64,000 nucleotides of DNA from an uncultured Verrucomicrobiae bacterium (GTDB lineage: Bacteria; Verrucomicrobiota; Verrucomicrobiia; Chthoniobacterales; JAATET01), in the NCBI GenBank assembly GCA_963719495.1, contig CAVRCI010000003.1, positions 96,001-160,000 on the forward strand. The letters are read 5' to 3'. Of this stretch, positions 49,051-57,625 are shown one piece after another. The first letter of the stretch is position 1; each line of letters begins with the position of its first letter. Made by a program: the position numbers and the translations under genes. The notes beneath the pieces are model-generated. The model was not told the origin of the DNA. It searched no databases and worked only from the letters and a program-made list of their open reading frames with translations.

Positions 49051-50214
49051 ATGGAACTCTCCGACCGCGTAGCCGAACTCACCCCATCTCTCACCCTCGC
49101 CATCGACAGCAAATCGAAAGCCCTCCGTGCCGAAGGCATCGACGTCTGTGGCTTCGGAGCCGGCGAACCCGACTTCGACACCCCCGACCACATCAAGGCC
49201 GCCGCGCAAGCCGCCCTCGAGATGGGCTTCACCAAATACACGCCCTCCTCCGGCACCCCCGAGCTTCGCGAAGCCATCGCCCAGAAGCTCCGTTCCGAGA
49301 ACGGCCTCGATTACAAACCCTCCCAGGTCATCGTCAGCAACGGTGCCAAGCAATCCTGCTACAACGCCGTGATGGCCACTTGCGACCCCGGAGACGAAGT
49401 CATCATCCCAGCCCCCTACTGGCTCAGCTACCCCGAGATGGTCCGTCTCGCCGGAGCCGTCCCGGTTTTCGTCCCGACCACCCAGGAGAACAACTGGAAG
49501 ATGACCGCCGAGCAGTTCGAAGACGCGATGACCCCCCGCACCAAGATGGTCATCATCAACACCCCCGGCAACCCGACCGGCTCCGTCTACACCCACGACG
49601 AACTCAAGAGCATCGTCGAAGTCGCCGCCGAAGAGGACATCTACATCCTCTCCGACGAGATTTACGAGAAGCTCGTTTACGATGATGCCAAACACGTCAG
49701 CATCGCCGGCGTCACCCCCGAAGCCTACGACCTGACCATCACCATCAACGGTTTCAGCAAAGCCTACTCGATGACTGGATGGCGCCTCGGCTACCTGGCC
49801 GCCCCCGAGCCGATCTCCCGCGCGATCGACTCGCTCCAAAGCCACAGCACCTCCTGCCCCTGCTCGTTCTCCCAGAAGGGCGGCCTCGCCGCTCTCAAGG
49901 GCGACCAGCAAGCCGTCGGCGACATGCGCGACGAATTCTCCATCCGCCGCGACTACATGTGCAGCCGCATCGACGCCATCAGCGGCATTAGCGCCGTCAA
50001 GCCGTTGGGCGCCTTCTACGTCCTCGTCAACATCGGCGGCCTCGGCCTCAGCAGCAGCAACTTCGCCGACCGCCTCCTCAGCAAAGCCAGCGTCGCCGTC
50101 GTCCCCGGCATCGCCTTCGGCGACGACAAAACCATCCGCCTCAGCTACGCCACCAGCATGGACGTCATCAAAACCGGCCTCGACCGCCTCGAAGACTTCT
50201 GCAAAACGCTGTAA
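49051..50214 (+). CDS. aspC: Class I/II PLP aminotransferase (aspartate aminotransferase-like)
   Basis: GAGEPDF, NTPGNPTG, SDEIYE, GFSKAYSMTGWRLGY. Confidence 0.92.
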   Translation: MELSDRVAELTPSLTLAIDSKSKALRAEGIDVCGFGAGEPDFDTPDHIKAAAQAALEMGFTKYTPSSGTPELREAIAQKLRSENGLDYKPSQVIVSNGAKQSCYNAVMATCDPGDEVIIPAPYWLSYPEMVRLAGAVPVFVPTTQENNWKMTAEQFEDAMTPRTKMVIINTPGNPTGSVYTHDELKSIVEVAAEEDIYILSDEIYEKLVYDDAKHVSIAGVTPEAYDLTITINGFSKAYSMTGWRLGYLAAPEPISRAIDSLQSHSTSCPCSFSQKGGLAALKGDQQAVGDMRDEFSIRRDYMCSRIDAISGISAVKPLGAFYVLVNIGGLGLSSSNFADRLLSKASVAVVPGIAFGDDKTIRLSYATSMDVIKTGLDRLEDFCKTL

Positions 50215-50309
50215 AGCGGACAAAAAACCGCCGCTCCGCAAGGAGCGGCATCTCCCGTGGCATCGGCTTCCAGCCGATTACCAACCCAAACCTCGGCGAA
50301 GCCGACACT

Positions 50310-50762
50310 TCAAAAAAGCGGCGTCGCCAAACCACAAGCCCGCGCCAACCGAGCCTGATTCTCGTCGAACGTCAGCAACCCCTCAGCTCCAAGCAGTAGC
50401 GCCGTCGCAACGTGCAGCGTGTCGAACCCCCGATGACCGCCGGAGGCCGTCCATTCCCTCGAAAGTCTCTCACCCTCGACAAAAATCTCGGAAAGCTCGA
50501 TGGGAACGAGCCGCAAGATCCCGACATCGAGATCGTCGCTGAGATCTTTCATCATTTTGTCCGCGACGGCTTGGGAGTAGCCACTTCGCCGGTCCTGCCG
50601 AAATCGAAAGACCTGAAACCTCGCCGCATTTCGAAATTCCCAGAGCACGAGCGCGGCCACCGTCATCACTTCACCCAGCGAAGCCCGCGCCGCAATCGCC
50701 CGATCGGAGTTGTCCTGAACTCGGTAAAGTGCGCACAGAAACGAGGTGTCTGGATAGTCCAT
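50310..50762 (-). CDS. vapC: PIN-domain (VapC) toxin
   Basis: YPDTSFLCALY, EFRNA, DTLHVATA, LTFDENQ. Confidence 0.9.
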   Translation of the reverse strand: MDYPDTSFLCALYRVQDNSDRAIAARASLGEVMTVAALVLWEFRNAARFQVFRFRQDRRSGYSQAVADKMMKDLSDDLDVGILRLVPIELSEIFVEGERLSREWTASGGHRGFDTLHVATALLLGAEGLLTFDENQARLARACGLATPLF

Positions 50763-51019
50763 CAACCTTCTTCGCCTGCCAGCTCGGCTTCGCGCATCTC
50801 CCGCACCTCCGCCGCCGTGAAAACGCGATCTCCCCAAGTCTCCTTCATCCGTCGCCGATGCGCCTCTGCGTCGAACTTCACCGGCATCGCCCGCTTCGGC
50901 GCGGTCAAATGAGCCACCGGCTTCCCGTGCTTCGTGATCTCGATCACTTCCCCAAATCCCAGAGCCGCCTCCACCTTCGGAAAATCATACCGCAAATCGC
51001 GCACCGTCATCGTCCTCAT
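50762..51019 (-). CDS. Phd/YefM-like antitoxin
   Basis: MTVRDLRYDF..V....GEVIEITKHGKPVAHL; TGATG overlap with the toxin. Confidence 0.88.
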   Translation of the reverse strand: MRTMTVRDLRYDFPKVEAALGFGEVIEITKHGKPVAHLTAPKRAMPVKFDAEAHRRRMKETWGDRVFTAAEVREMREAELAGEEG

Positions 51020-51045
51020 ATTGTGATGAAACATTTCATCACAAT
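51020..51045. promoter_or_regulatory. Probable TA autoregulatory operator
   Basis: Perfect inverted repeat ATTGTGATGAAA-CA-TTTCATCACAAT immediately upstream of the antitoxin ATG. Confidence 0.7.
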
Positions 51046-52184
51046 CCGCTCGCGTCAACTCCACTTGGTTCCACCGGCACCGCCCGCGGAGCTACCGGCG
51101 CCCGCACGGCTAGCATCAGATTCGAAGCCCCCGGCTGCCACTTGTAGCCCGTCCCGAAAGGCAACTCCGGCGTCCCACCCGGCGTGCGGTAAGCCTGCAG
51201 CAACTCCGGCTGAACGTATTTTTGAAAAATATCCAGCGTTCCCGTGTATTCCCCGAAAAAATTCAGCCTCCAGTCCCCGCCCAAAAACGTCCGCAAGGGA
51301 ATCCCCGAATCGTCCTGCAAAATCGCCGTGCAATTCGTCAGCAGGAAGTCCCGCGCGTTCGAAAAATACGGCTCGTGCGGCAGATACGAGGCCGCCTTCA
51401 GATACCCCACGCCCGGTCCGAGACCTGCCATCCACCGGGCCAGCGATCCATCCAATTTGAACGCGTCGTTCGACAGGTCCGCCCTCACGTAAAAAAGCGT
51501 CTGCGGAACCCCGGTCCCTCCCCGCCGAAAAACAATCCGCAACCCCGGCAGCATTCCACTGGGCACATCCGCCGATACCAGCGCCACCGCCCCACCCTCG
51601 CCGATCCCCACGTAATCCGCCCCCACGATCCGCCCCCCCGTCAGCGCCACGAACGAATACAGGATCGGCATCACCCCTTTGAATTCCGTCTCCTCCAAGT
51701 CGACCTTCATGTCCTTCGTGATGAAGTGACTGAACTGCAGCGTCACCAGCGTCGACTCCCGCAAATTCGCCAGCCCCGCCAGCGCCCGGGGCGCGTCCAA
51801 TTGCTCCGGTGGCATGATCGAACCCACCGGCTCCAGCCCACCCAGCACGTAAACCGCCGCGTCCGGAAACAGCGCGTAGGCATTCACGAAGTCCGGCCCG
51901 CCGAACAAATAATACAGCACCCGCGGTCGCCCCACCACCGGCTCGACGTTCGCCGCCGCCCACTCCCGCATCGGCGAAAAATATTTCTTATGAAACCCCC
52001 GCCACGTCTCCGCGTAAGTCGTCCCGTGTTCCAAATACTCCGGCTCCCCCTGAAACCGAGTCAGCACCGACCCCGCCGGCACCCGCAACCCGGAGAGAAA
52101 CCGAGCCTGCTCATCCGCCGAAGTTTGCGGCAGCTGACCCCGCACCAACCCCACCGAAAGCAGAAAAAGCAAAATCACCCGCAT
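51039..52184 (-). CDS. Secreted protein of unknown function
   Basis: Signal peptide; YLFGGPDF, FITKDMK, YLKAASYLPH, ILQDDSGIP, LPFGTGY blocks look conserved. Confidence 0.75.
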   Translation of the reverse strand: MRVILLFLLSVGLVRGQLPQTSADEQARFLSGLRVPAGSVLTRFQGEPEYLEHGTTYAETWRGFHKKYFSPMREWAAANVEPVVGRPRVLYYLFGGPDFVNAYALFPDAAVYVLGGLEPVGSIMPPEQLDAPRALAGLANLRESTLVTLQFSHFITKDMKVDLEETEFKGVMPILYSFVALTGGRIVGADYVGIGEGGAVALVSADVPSGMLPGLRIVFRRGGTGVPQTLFYVRADLSNDAFKLDGSLARWMAGLGPGVGYLKAASYLPHEPYFSNARDFLLTNCTAILQDDSGIPLRTFLGGDWRLNFFGEYTGTLDIFQKYVQPELLQAYRTPGGTPELPFGTGYKWQPGASNLMLAVRAPVAPRAVPVEPSGVDASGL

Positions 52185-52200
52185 GCCAAAGTCATAACAC

Positions 52201-52363
52201 GGGGAAAACAGGCTTCCAGCCTGTCGTGCCGGGTCCGGCAGCCGCCGGACCCGGCACCACCCCGTCACCCGAAATTGTCCAACTCCACGCACCCCACTCC
52301 GGCGGCCCAGCGCCCGGGGACCGCACGCCTCCCGGCGTGCGGGCCGAGGCGTCCCGCCTCGGC
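52201..52363 (+). repeat. Two REP-like two-hairpin elements (52201-52257, 52316-52363)
   Basis: GGGGAAA-ACAGGC TTCCA GCCTGT...; GGGGACC-GCACGCC TCCC GGCGTGC-GG-GCCGAGGCG TCC CGCCTCGGC. Confidence 0.7.
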
Positions 52364-52417
52364 AACGCCCGGCGTGCGACCACCATCCCCGATTGCCGAA
52401 CCCGCCGCCTTGCCGTA

Positions 52418-53980
52418 ATGAACCCCATGCGCAAACTCGCCCTCACCGCCGCTCTCGCGCTCACGACCCTCCTCCTCCCCCCCGCCGCCCAATCCGCCGA
52501 GCCCGGCACCGTCTTCCTCCTCACGCCGGAAAACACCCCCTACCTTACCGACGGCATGCGCTGGGTCGCCGAAGGCCCCACCGGCGGCAAAGCCCTCAAA
52601 GTCACCGCCACGCCCGAAACCGCTTCCGCGGGCCACCTCGTCACCATCCCTCTCGACATCGCCGCCCTCCGCGACCACGAGATCCTCCTCTCCTACGACG
52701 TCCGCGCCGACGCCGTCACCCGCCCCGAACTCGACTACAACGGCATCAAGTGCCAGCTCCATTACGTCTCCGCCGCCGAAGGCCCCAAGTGGTTCAACGA
52801 AGGCCTCCTCTTCGGCACCTTCCCGTGGAAACACTCCTCGCTCATCATCCGCGTCGACTCCGACGCCGCCGACGGCGAACTCCAGGTCGGCCTTCAGGAA
52901 TGCTCCGGCACCGCGTGGATCGCCAACCTCACCGTCGAAGTCCTCGGCCGCCGCCCCCGCACCTTCGACGTTCCGCCCTTCCGCGGCCACGACCTCCCCC
53001 GCCTCCGCGGCTTCGTCGGACCCGCCGCCTACAACGCCGCCGACTTCGACGCGCTCGAAACGTGGAACGCCAACGTCCTCCGCTGGCAACTCATCAACCC
53101 CGACTGGGAGCGCACCGCCATTCCCGCCGACCCCGGCATTTACGCCCCGTGGCTCGAAGCCAAGTTCACCGAGCTCGAGCAAGTCCTCGACCGCGCCGCC
53201 GCCGCCGGCATCCGCGTCATTGTCGACCTCCACGCCCCACCCGGCGGTCGACTCGCCGACGGCACCCTCACCATGCTCACCAACCAGCCGCTCCAGGACA
53301 CCTTCGTCGAAATCTGGAAGAAAATCGCCACCCGCTTCAAGGATCACCCCGGCCTCTGGGCCTACGACCCGCTCAACGAACCCGTCCAAAACCAACGTCC
53401 ACCCGAAGGCGTCAACACCTGGTGGCAACTCCAGGAACGCGTCGCCCAAGCCATCCGCGCCATCGATCCCACCACCCCCATCCTCCTCGAAGTCGACCAG
53501 TGGGACGCCCCGGAAGCCTTCGCGTGGATGAAGCCCGTCGACGTTCCCCGCGTCATCTATCAGGTCCACATGTATTGGCCGCACGAATACACCCACCAAG
53601 GCATCGACCGCCCATGGTCGACCCCCGAGGAAAGACCCGCCTACCCCGGCACCTTCAACGACCGACCGTTCGATCGCGCCGCGCTCCGGCGCAAGCTCGA
53701 GCCCGTCCGCGACTTCCAGAAGGCCTACAACGTCCAGATCTTCGTCGGCGAATTCAGCGTCCCCCGCTGGGCCCCCGGTGCCGCGCAATACCTCGCCGAC
53801 AACATCGCGCTCTTCGAAGAATTTGGCTGGGACTGGACCTACCACGCCTTCCGCGAAGCCCCCGAGTGGAGCCTCGAGCTCGCCAACCTCCCCTACGAAA
53901 CCCCCATCACCACCAAACCCGGCGAACCCTCCGACCGCGCCCAGGTCGTCGGCGATTGGCTGAAGCAGAACGAAAAATAA
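52418..53980 (+). CDS. Glycoside hydrolase family 5 with an N-terminal CBM-like domain
   Basis: Signal peptide; VIVDLH, YDPLNEP (acid/base), QVHMY, FVGEF (nucleophile), WTYHAF. Confidence 0.9.
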   Translation: MNPMRKLALTAALALTTLLLPPAAQSAEPGTVFLLTPENTPYLTDGMRWVAEGPTGGKALKVTATPETASAGHLVTIPLDIAALRDHEILLSYDVRADAVTRPELDYNGIKCQLHYVSAAEGPKWFNEGLLFGTFPWKHSSLIIRVDSDAADGELQVGLQECSGTAWIANLTVEVLGRRPRTFDVPPFRGHDLPRLRGFVGPAAYNAADFDALETWNANVLRWQLINPDWERTAIPADPGIYAPWLEAKFTELEQVLDRAAAAGIRVIVDLHAPPGGRLADGTLTMLTNQPLQDTFVEIWKKIATRFKDHPGLWAYDPLNEPVQNQRPPEGVNTWWQLQERVAQAIRAIDPTTPILLEVDQWDAPEAFAWMKPVDVPRVIYQVHMYWPHEYTHQGIDRPWSTPEERPAYPGTFNDRPFDRAALRRKLEPVRDFQKAYNVQIFVGEFSVPRWAPGAAQYLADNIALFEEFGWDWTYHAFREAPEWSLELANLPYETPITTKPGEPSDRAQVVGDWLKQNEK

Positions 53981-54030
53981 CCTCCGGCCATTCCCTTCTT
54001 CGTTCCCTTCGTTACCTTCTGTTCAAAATC

Positions 54031-54408
54031 ATGCGCTCATTCGCCTCCATCATCAGCCTCGCCCTCGCGATCCTCACCACTGGACAAGCCGCCGAGCCCA
54101 ACCTCGACGCCCTCCCAACCTTCCGCGCCTCCTTCACGCTCTCGGACGGCATCGACTACGACGTCGAAGCCAAACACGAAGGCCCCACGTTCCGCGAAGT
54201 CACCGCCGTCACCCCGGACGGCTCCGGCACCAAAACGATCAAGTTTCTCTACGACGAGGAGGGCAAACTGATCGCCGCCACCGACGGCAAAGCCAACTTT
54301 CCGCTCAATAAAGAACTGCGCGATCTCTCGACCGAACTCACCACCCGCATCGAAGGCACCACCGCCTTCCTCCGATCCATCGGCGGCGTAGACAGCCCCG
54401 ACGAGTGA
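54031..54408 (+). CDS. Small secreted hypothetical protein
   Basis: Signal peptide MRSFASIISLALAILTTGQA; host-like codon usage. Confidence 0.7.
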   Translation: MRSFASIISLALAILTTGQAAEPNLDALPTFRASFTLSDGIDYDVEAKHEGPTFREVTAVTPDGSGTKTIKFLYDEEGKLIAATDGKANFPLNKELRDLSTELTTRIEGTTAFLRSIGGVDSPDE

Positions 54409-54418
54409 CCCAATCCCC

Positions 54419-54531
54419 ACCGGAGGGCGAGGCTCCCGCCGAGCCGTCGCCTCACACTCGAATCGCCCGATCTCTCGCTCGACGACGACTCGCGCGACGA
54501 GCACGGCTCGGCACGAGCCTCGCCCTCCGGG
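54419..54531. repeat. Inverted pair of REP-like elements (REPIN-like doublet) between convergent genes
   Basis: CCGGAGGGCGAGGCTCCCGCCGAGCCGT ... ACGGCTCGGCACGAGCCTCGCCCTCCGG. Confidence 0.8.
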
Positions 54532-54538
54532 TTTCGGA

Positions 54539-55453
54539 TCATCGCGCAGCGACCCGCGCCAAAAATCCCTCGACCCGCTCACCCGCGGCCAGATTCGAGC
54601 GCCATCCCTCCGGAATCGCGCCCGCCCCGTGATGCGCGCCCAAGACCATCCCGAGCACCAGCCCCCGCGCCGCGCTGTCACCGCCGGCCATCACGTTCTC
54701 CACGAGCGCCAATTCGAAATCGTCGCCGAACCGATCCACCATCAACAACACCACCGGCAGCGTCGACGGGATCCCGCAGCCCAAGCCCAACGACTCAGCC
54801 GCGGCACCCGCCTCCATCGACTTCGTTCCCTCCACCCGTCGCGCCATCTCGGCGTAATCCAGCGCGGCGTAATGTCTCCCACCAGCCGCCGCGACCGAGG
54901 AACGAGGATGATCCCCACCGAGCACCCCAAAAACGATCCGCGTCAAAAATTCCGCCACGTCCCCCGCCAAGGGCGACCCGTGCGTCAATCCCGTCTGCTC
55001 CCGCGCCGACGCCACCGCGTCTTCCACGGACCCACCTGCCATCGCCGCCAGCAAAGGCGCGATCCGCGCCGGCCCACCGAGTTCCTTCGATCCCTCCTCC
55101 GACCGTCCCAAATCCGTCCCCAGTCGGCCCAACGTTTCCTTCGTCGCGTGATCCACGTAGCCACCGTAACCATTCCACATTCCGGTCCAACGATCGGTGA
55201 AATCCTCCAGCGAAAACGCACCCGCCGCCGCAACCGACGCCATCAGCACGAGCGCCTGGTCCCCAAGGTGACTCTGATCTCCCGCCCCCTTCCCCGAGTG
55301 GTAGGAATCCGGCAAGGGCGTTAGGAAGTGATCGATCCGCCCAAACCTCCGCTCGAGCTCCGCCTGGTCGTAACCCCAATGGGCCCCCAAAGCCAAGGCG
55401 TCCCCAACGAACGACCCCCAAACCAACCCTTCAATCCGATCCGATTCCGGCAT
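54539..55453 (-). CDS. ADP-ribosylglycohydrolase (DraG/ARH family)
   Basis: GSFVGDALALGAHW, THG, NVMAGGDSAARG..LGA..G...IP..W. Confidence 0.9.
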   Translation of the reverse strand: MPESDRIEGLVWGSFVGDALALGAHWGYDQAELERRFGRIDHFLTPLPDSYHSGKGAGDQSHLGDQALVLMASVAAAGAFSLEDFTDRWTGMWNGYGGYVDHATKETLGRLGTDLGRSEEGSKELGGPARIAPLLAAMAGGSVEDAVASAREQTGLTHGSPLAGDVAEFLTRIVFGVLGGDHPRSSVAAAGGRHYAALDYAEMARRVEGTKSMEAGAAAESLGLGCGIPSTLPVVLLMVDRFGDDFELALVENVMAGGDSAARGLVLGMVLGAHHGAGAIPEGWRSNLAAGERVEGFLARVAAR

Positions 55454-55519
55454 CCGACGAGAGTATCACCGATTCCCCGCCCAATCACGGCGGAGCGGAA
55501 ATTCTACAATCTCGGCGGA

Positions 55520-57625
55520 CTAGAACGCCAACCCAACGCTGAAGTGAAACGCCCCCTCCGGATCGCCCTCCCCGGGAGCCGGATTAAATCCGTAGTCGAA
55601 CCGAATTGGGCCCACCGGCAGATCATACCGCAAACCCGCGCCGATCGCGTAGCGCATGTCCGACACGCCGAAATCCTGCGCGTCCTGCACGACATTGCCC
55701 GCGTCGCCAAAAACCGCGCCCCGCAGCTGACCCACGATCGGAAACGTGTATTCCAGGTTGAAAACCGTGAACGCCTGCCCGCCCAGCGGATACCCGGCCC
55801 GGTCGCGCGGCCCCAGTTTCAACTCCGGATAACTCCGCACCGTCGTCGATCCTCCGTTGAAGAACCGCTCGTCGATCGGCAGCCCCTCGTCGCTCAGCGG
55901 CGAAATCACGCCGCCCCGGGCGCCAAACGCCAGATTCGTTCGCTCGGTCACCGGCAGGTAATACACCGCCTGAGCCAGCCCCCGAACGAACGGCACGTCC
56001 CCCACGCCCGACGGTGCGACGTCCAGCGCCACCGTCCCGTAGAATCCCTCGGATGGCAGCACCGGATCGTTACGAAAATCCAACGTCGACGTCACCCCGA
56101 TCGAGGCCACCGAGTAATCCTCCTGCCCAACCAACTCCCGCGGCTCGATCAGGATGTCGTCGGTCGTCACGTATTTGATCAGCGCAAAGGCCCCCACCTT
56201 CCAGTTCTTCGTGAGTTCCCGCGTGAGCGACGGGCGGAAGCCCAACTCGATCTTGGAATACCCTTCGAGCGTGATCGTCTGCGCGTAGAGCCGCAACTTG
56301 AGCTCGTTCTCGGTCTCCGCCAACCACGGATCCGTGTAGACGACCTCACCGTTGTAGCCCCGCTGCGTGTATTCCACCGACGTCGTGAACGGTCGCCCGC
56401 TGCCGAAGAGATTCAGGTCGGTGTAGCTCACGCTCACGATCCCGCCGACGAAAGTCCCGTAACCCACGCCAAAACCGAAGATCTTCGTCTTCGCCTCGTC
56501 CGCCGAGACGTCGAGCCGCAGCAGGTTGCCCTCGATCGGCTTCGGGCTGATTCGGATGTTCGTGAAGAGTCCCGTGTCGAGAAGCGTCCGGAACTTGTCG
56601 TCGACCAACTTCGGATCGTAAACCTTGCCGCTGAGGCTCCTCATCCGATTGGGAATGAAGTTGTCCGGCACGTGATCCGCCCCCTTCACCGTGACCCCAT
56701 CGAAATAAAATAGAGCCCCGCTCTTCACGGTAAACGTCACGTCGACGAGCCCGCTCGTCGTCTCCGGATCCTGGCTGACCACGGTCACGATCGCTTGGTA
56801 ATACCCGCGGGTTTTGTAGTAATCCTCGAGCGCCCTTTGCGCCACCGCCGCCCGACCATCGGTGAATGGTTCGCTGGTCTCCGTCTCGATGGCCGCCCGC
56901 AGGTCCGCTTCCGGGAACACTTCGTTTCCGATGATCGACACCGCGCCGAATTCATATTGGGTCCCTTCGGCGATCTCGACCCGCACGTTCGCCCGCGTGA
57001 AGTCGTCGGAGAATTGAACGGGCGTGAGTTCCACCACCGCGTCGAGGTAGCCCTGCGACGAGTAAAGGCGCTCGATCAATCCCACCCCGCTTTTGATGTC
57101 CGATTCGACGAACGGCAGCAGCGCGTCGACCTCGATCCGCGGAAATCGCTCGCGCAGCGGCCCGAGCAAAAAATTCTGCAGCGTCGTGAAATCGTAGCCC
57201 TTGAAGCCCACGATCTCGACCTTCCCCAGCAGCGTCTGCGGCCCCTGCCGGATCGTCAGCCGCACCGCCCACGGTCCGGTGATCGCCGAGTCGACCGCGA
57301 CCTGCGTGTAGCCGTGCTTCCGGTAAAAGACCTCGAGAAAATACTCCAGATCGTAGAGCGACGCTTCGTCCAGGCCGTAGGTCTCGACCGTCCGGTATTG
57401 CTGCTCGATTCCCTTGGCCAACTCCTCCGCCGTGAACGCCTCGTTTCCGACGTATTCGACGGTGAGTTTGCCCGAGTTCGCCGGGTTCGATTCCCCAACC
57501 GGACTCCCCACCGTGTCGAGATCCGGCACCTGCCCGACGGCCGTGACCGCGACCATCAGCCCGAAGGCCACTTCAAGGAGCGGCAGCTTCCAGCCGCCGA
57601 AGTTGTTCCATCCGCGTCGCGTCAT
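55520..57625 (-). CDS. Omp85 family outer-membrane protein (BamA/TamA-like) with POTRA domains
   Basis: POTRA repeats, ERFFNGGSTTVRSY, GAGLRY..PVGPIRFDYG, C-terminal F. Confidence 0.92.
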   Translation of the reverse strand: MTRRGWNNFGGWKLPLLEVAFGLMVAVTAVGQVPDLDTVGSPVGESNPANSGKLTVEYVGNEAFTAEELAKGIEQQYRTVETYGLDEASLYDLEYFLEVFYRKHGYTQVAVDSAITGPWAVRLTIRQGPQTLLGKVEIVGFKGYDFTTLQNFLLGPLRERFPRIEVDALLPFVESDIKSGVGLIERLYSSQGYLDAVVELTPVQFSDDFTRANVRVEIAEGTQYEFGAVSIIGNEVFPEADLRAAIETETSEPFTDGRAAVAQRALEDYYKTRGYYQAIVTVVSQDPETTSGLVDVTFTVKSGALFYFDGVTVKGADHVPDNFIPNRMRSLSGKVYDPKLVDDKFRTLLDTGLFTNIRISPKPIEGNLLRLDVSADEAKTKIFGFGVGYGTFVGGIVSVSYTDLNLFGSGRPFTTSVEYTQRGYNGEVVYTDPWLAETENELKLRLYAQTITLEGYSKIELGFRPSLTRELTKNWKVGAFALIKYVTTDDILIEPRELVGQEDYSVASIGVTSTLDFRNDPVLPSEGFYGTVALDVAPSGVGDVPFVRGLAQAVYYLPVTERTNLAFGARGGVISPLSDEGLPIDERFFNGGSTTVRSYPELKLGPRDRAGYPLGGQAFTVFNLEYTFPIVGQLRGAVFGDAGNVVQDAQDFGVSDMRYAIGAGLRYDLPVGPIRFDYGFNPAPGEGDPEGAFHFSVGLAF

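Noticed and set aside
54539..55453. ADP-ribosylglycohydrolase as part of a toxin/defence or DraT/DraG system
   Set aside because: No ADP-ribosyltransferase, nitrogenase or defence gene is adjacent in this window
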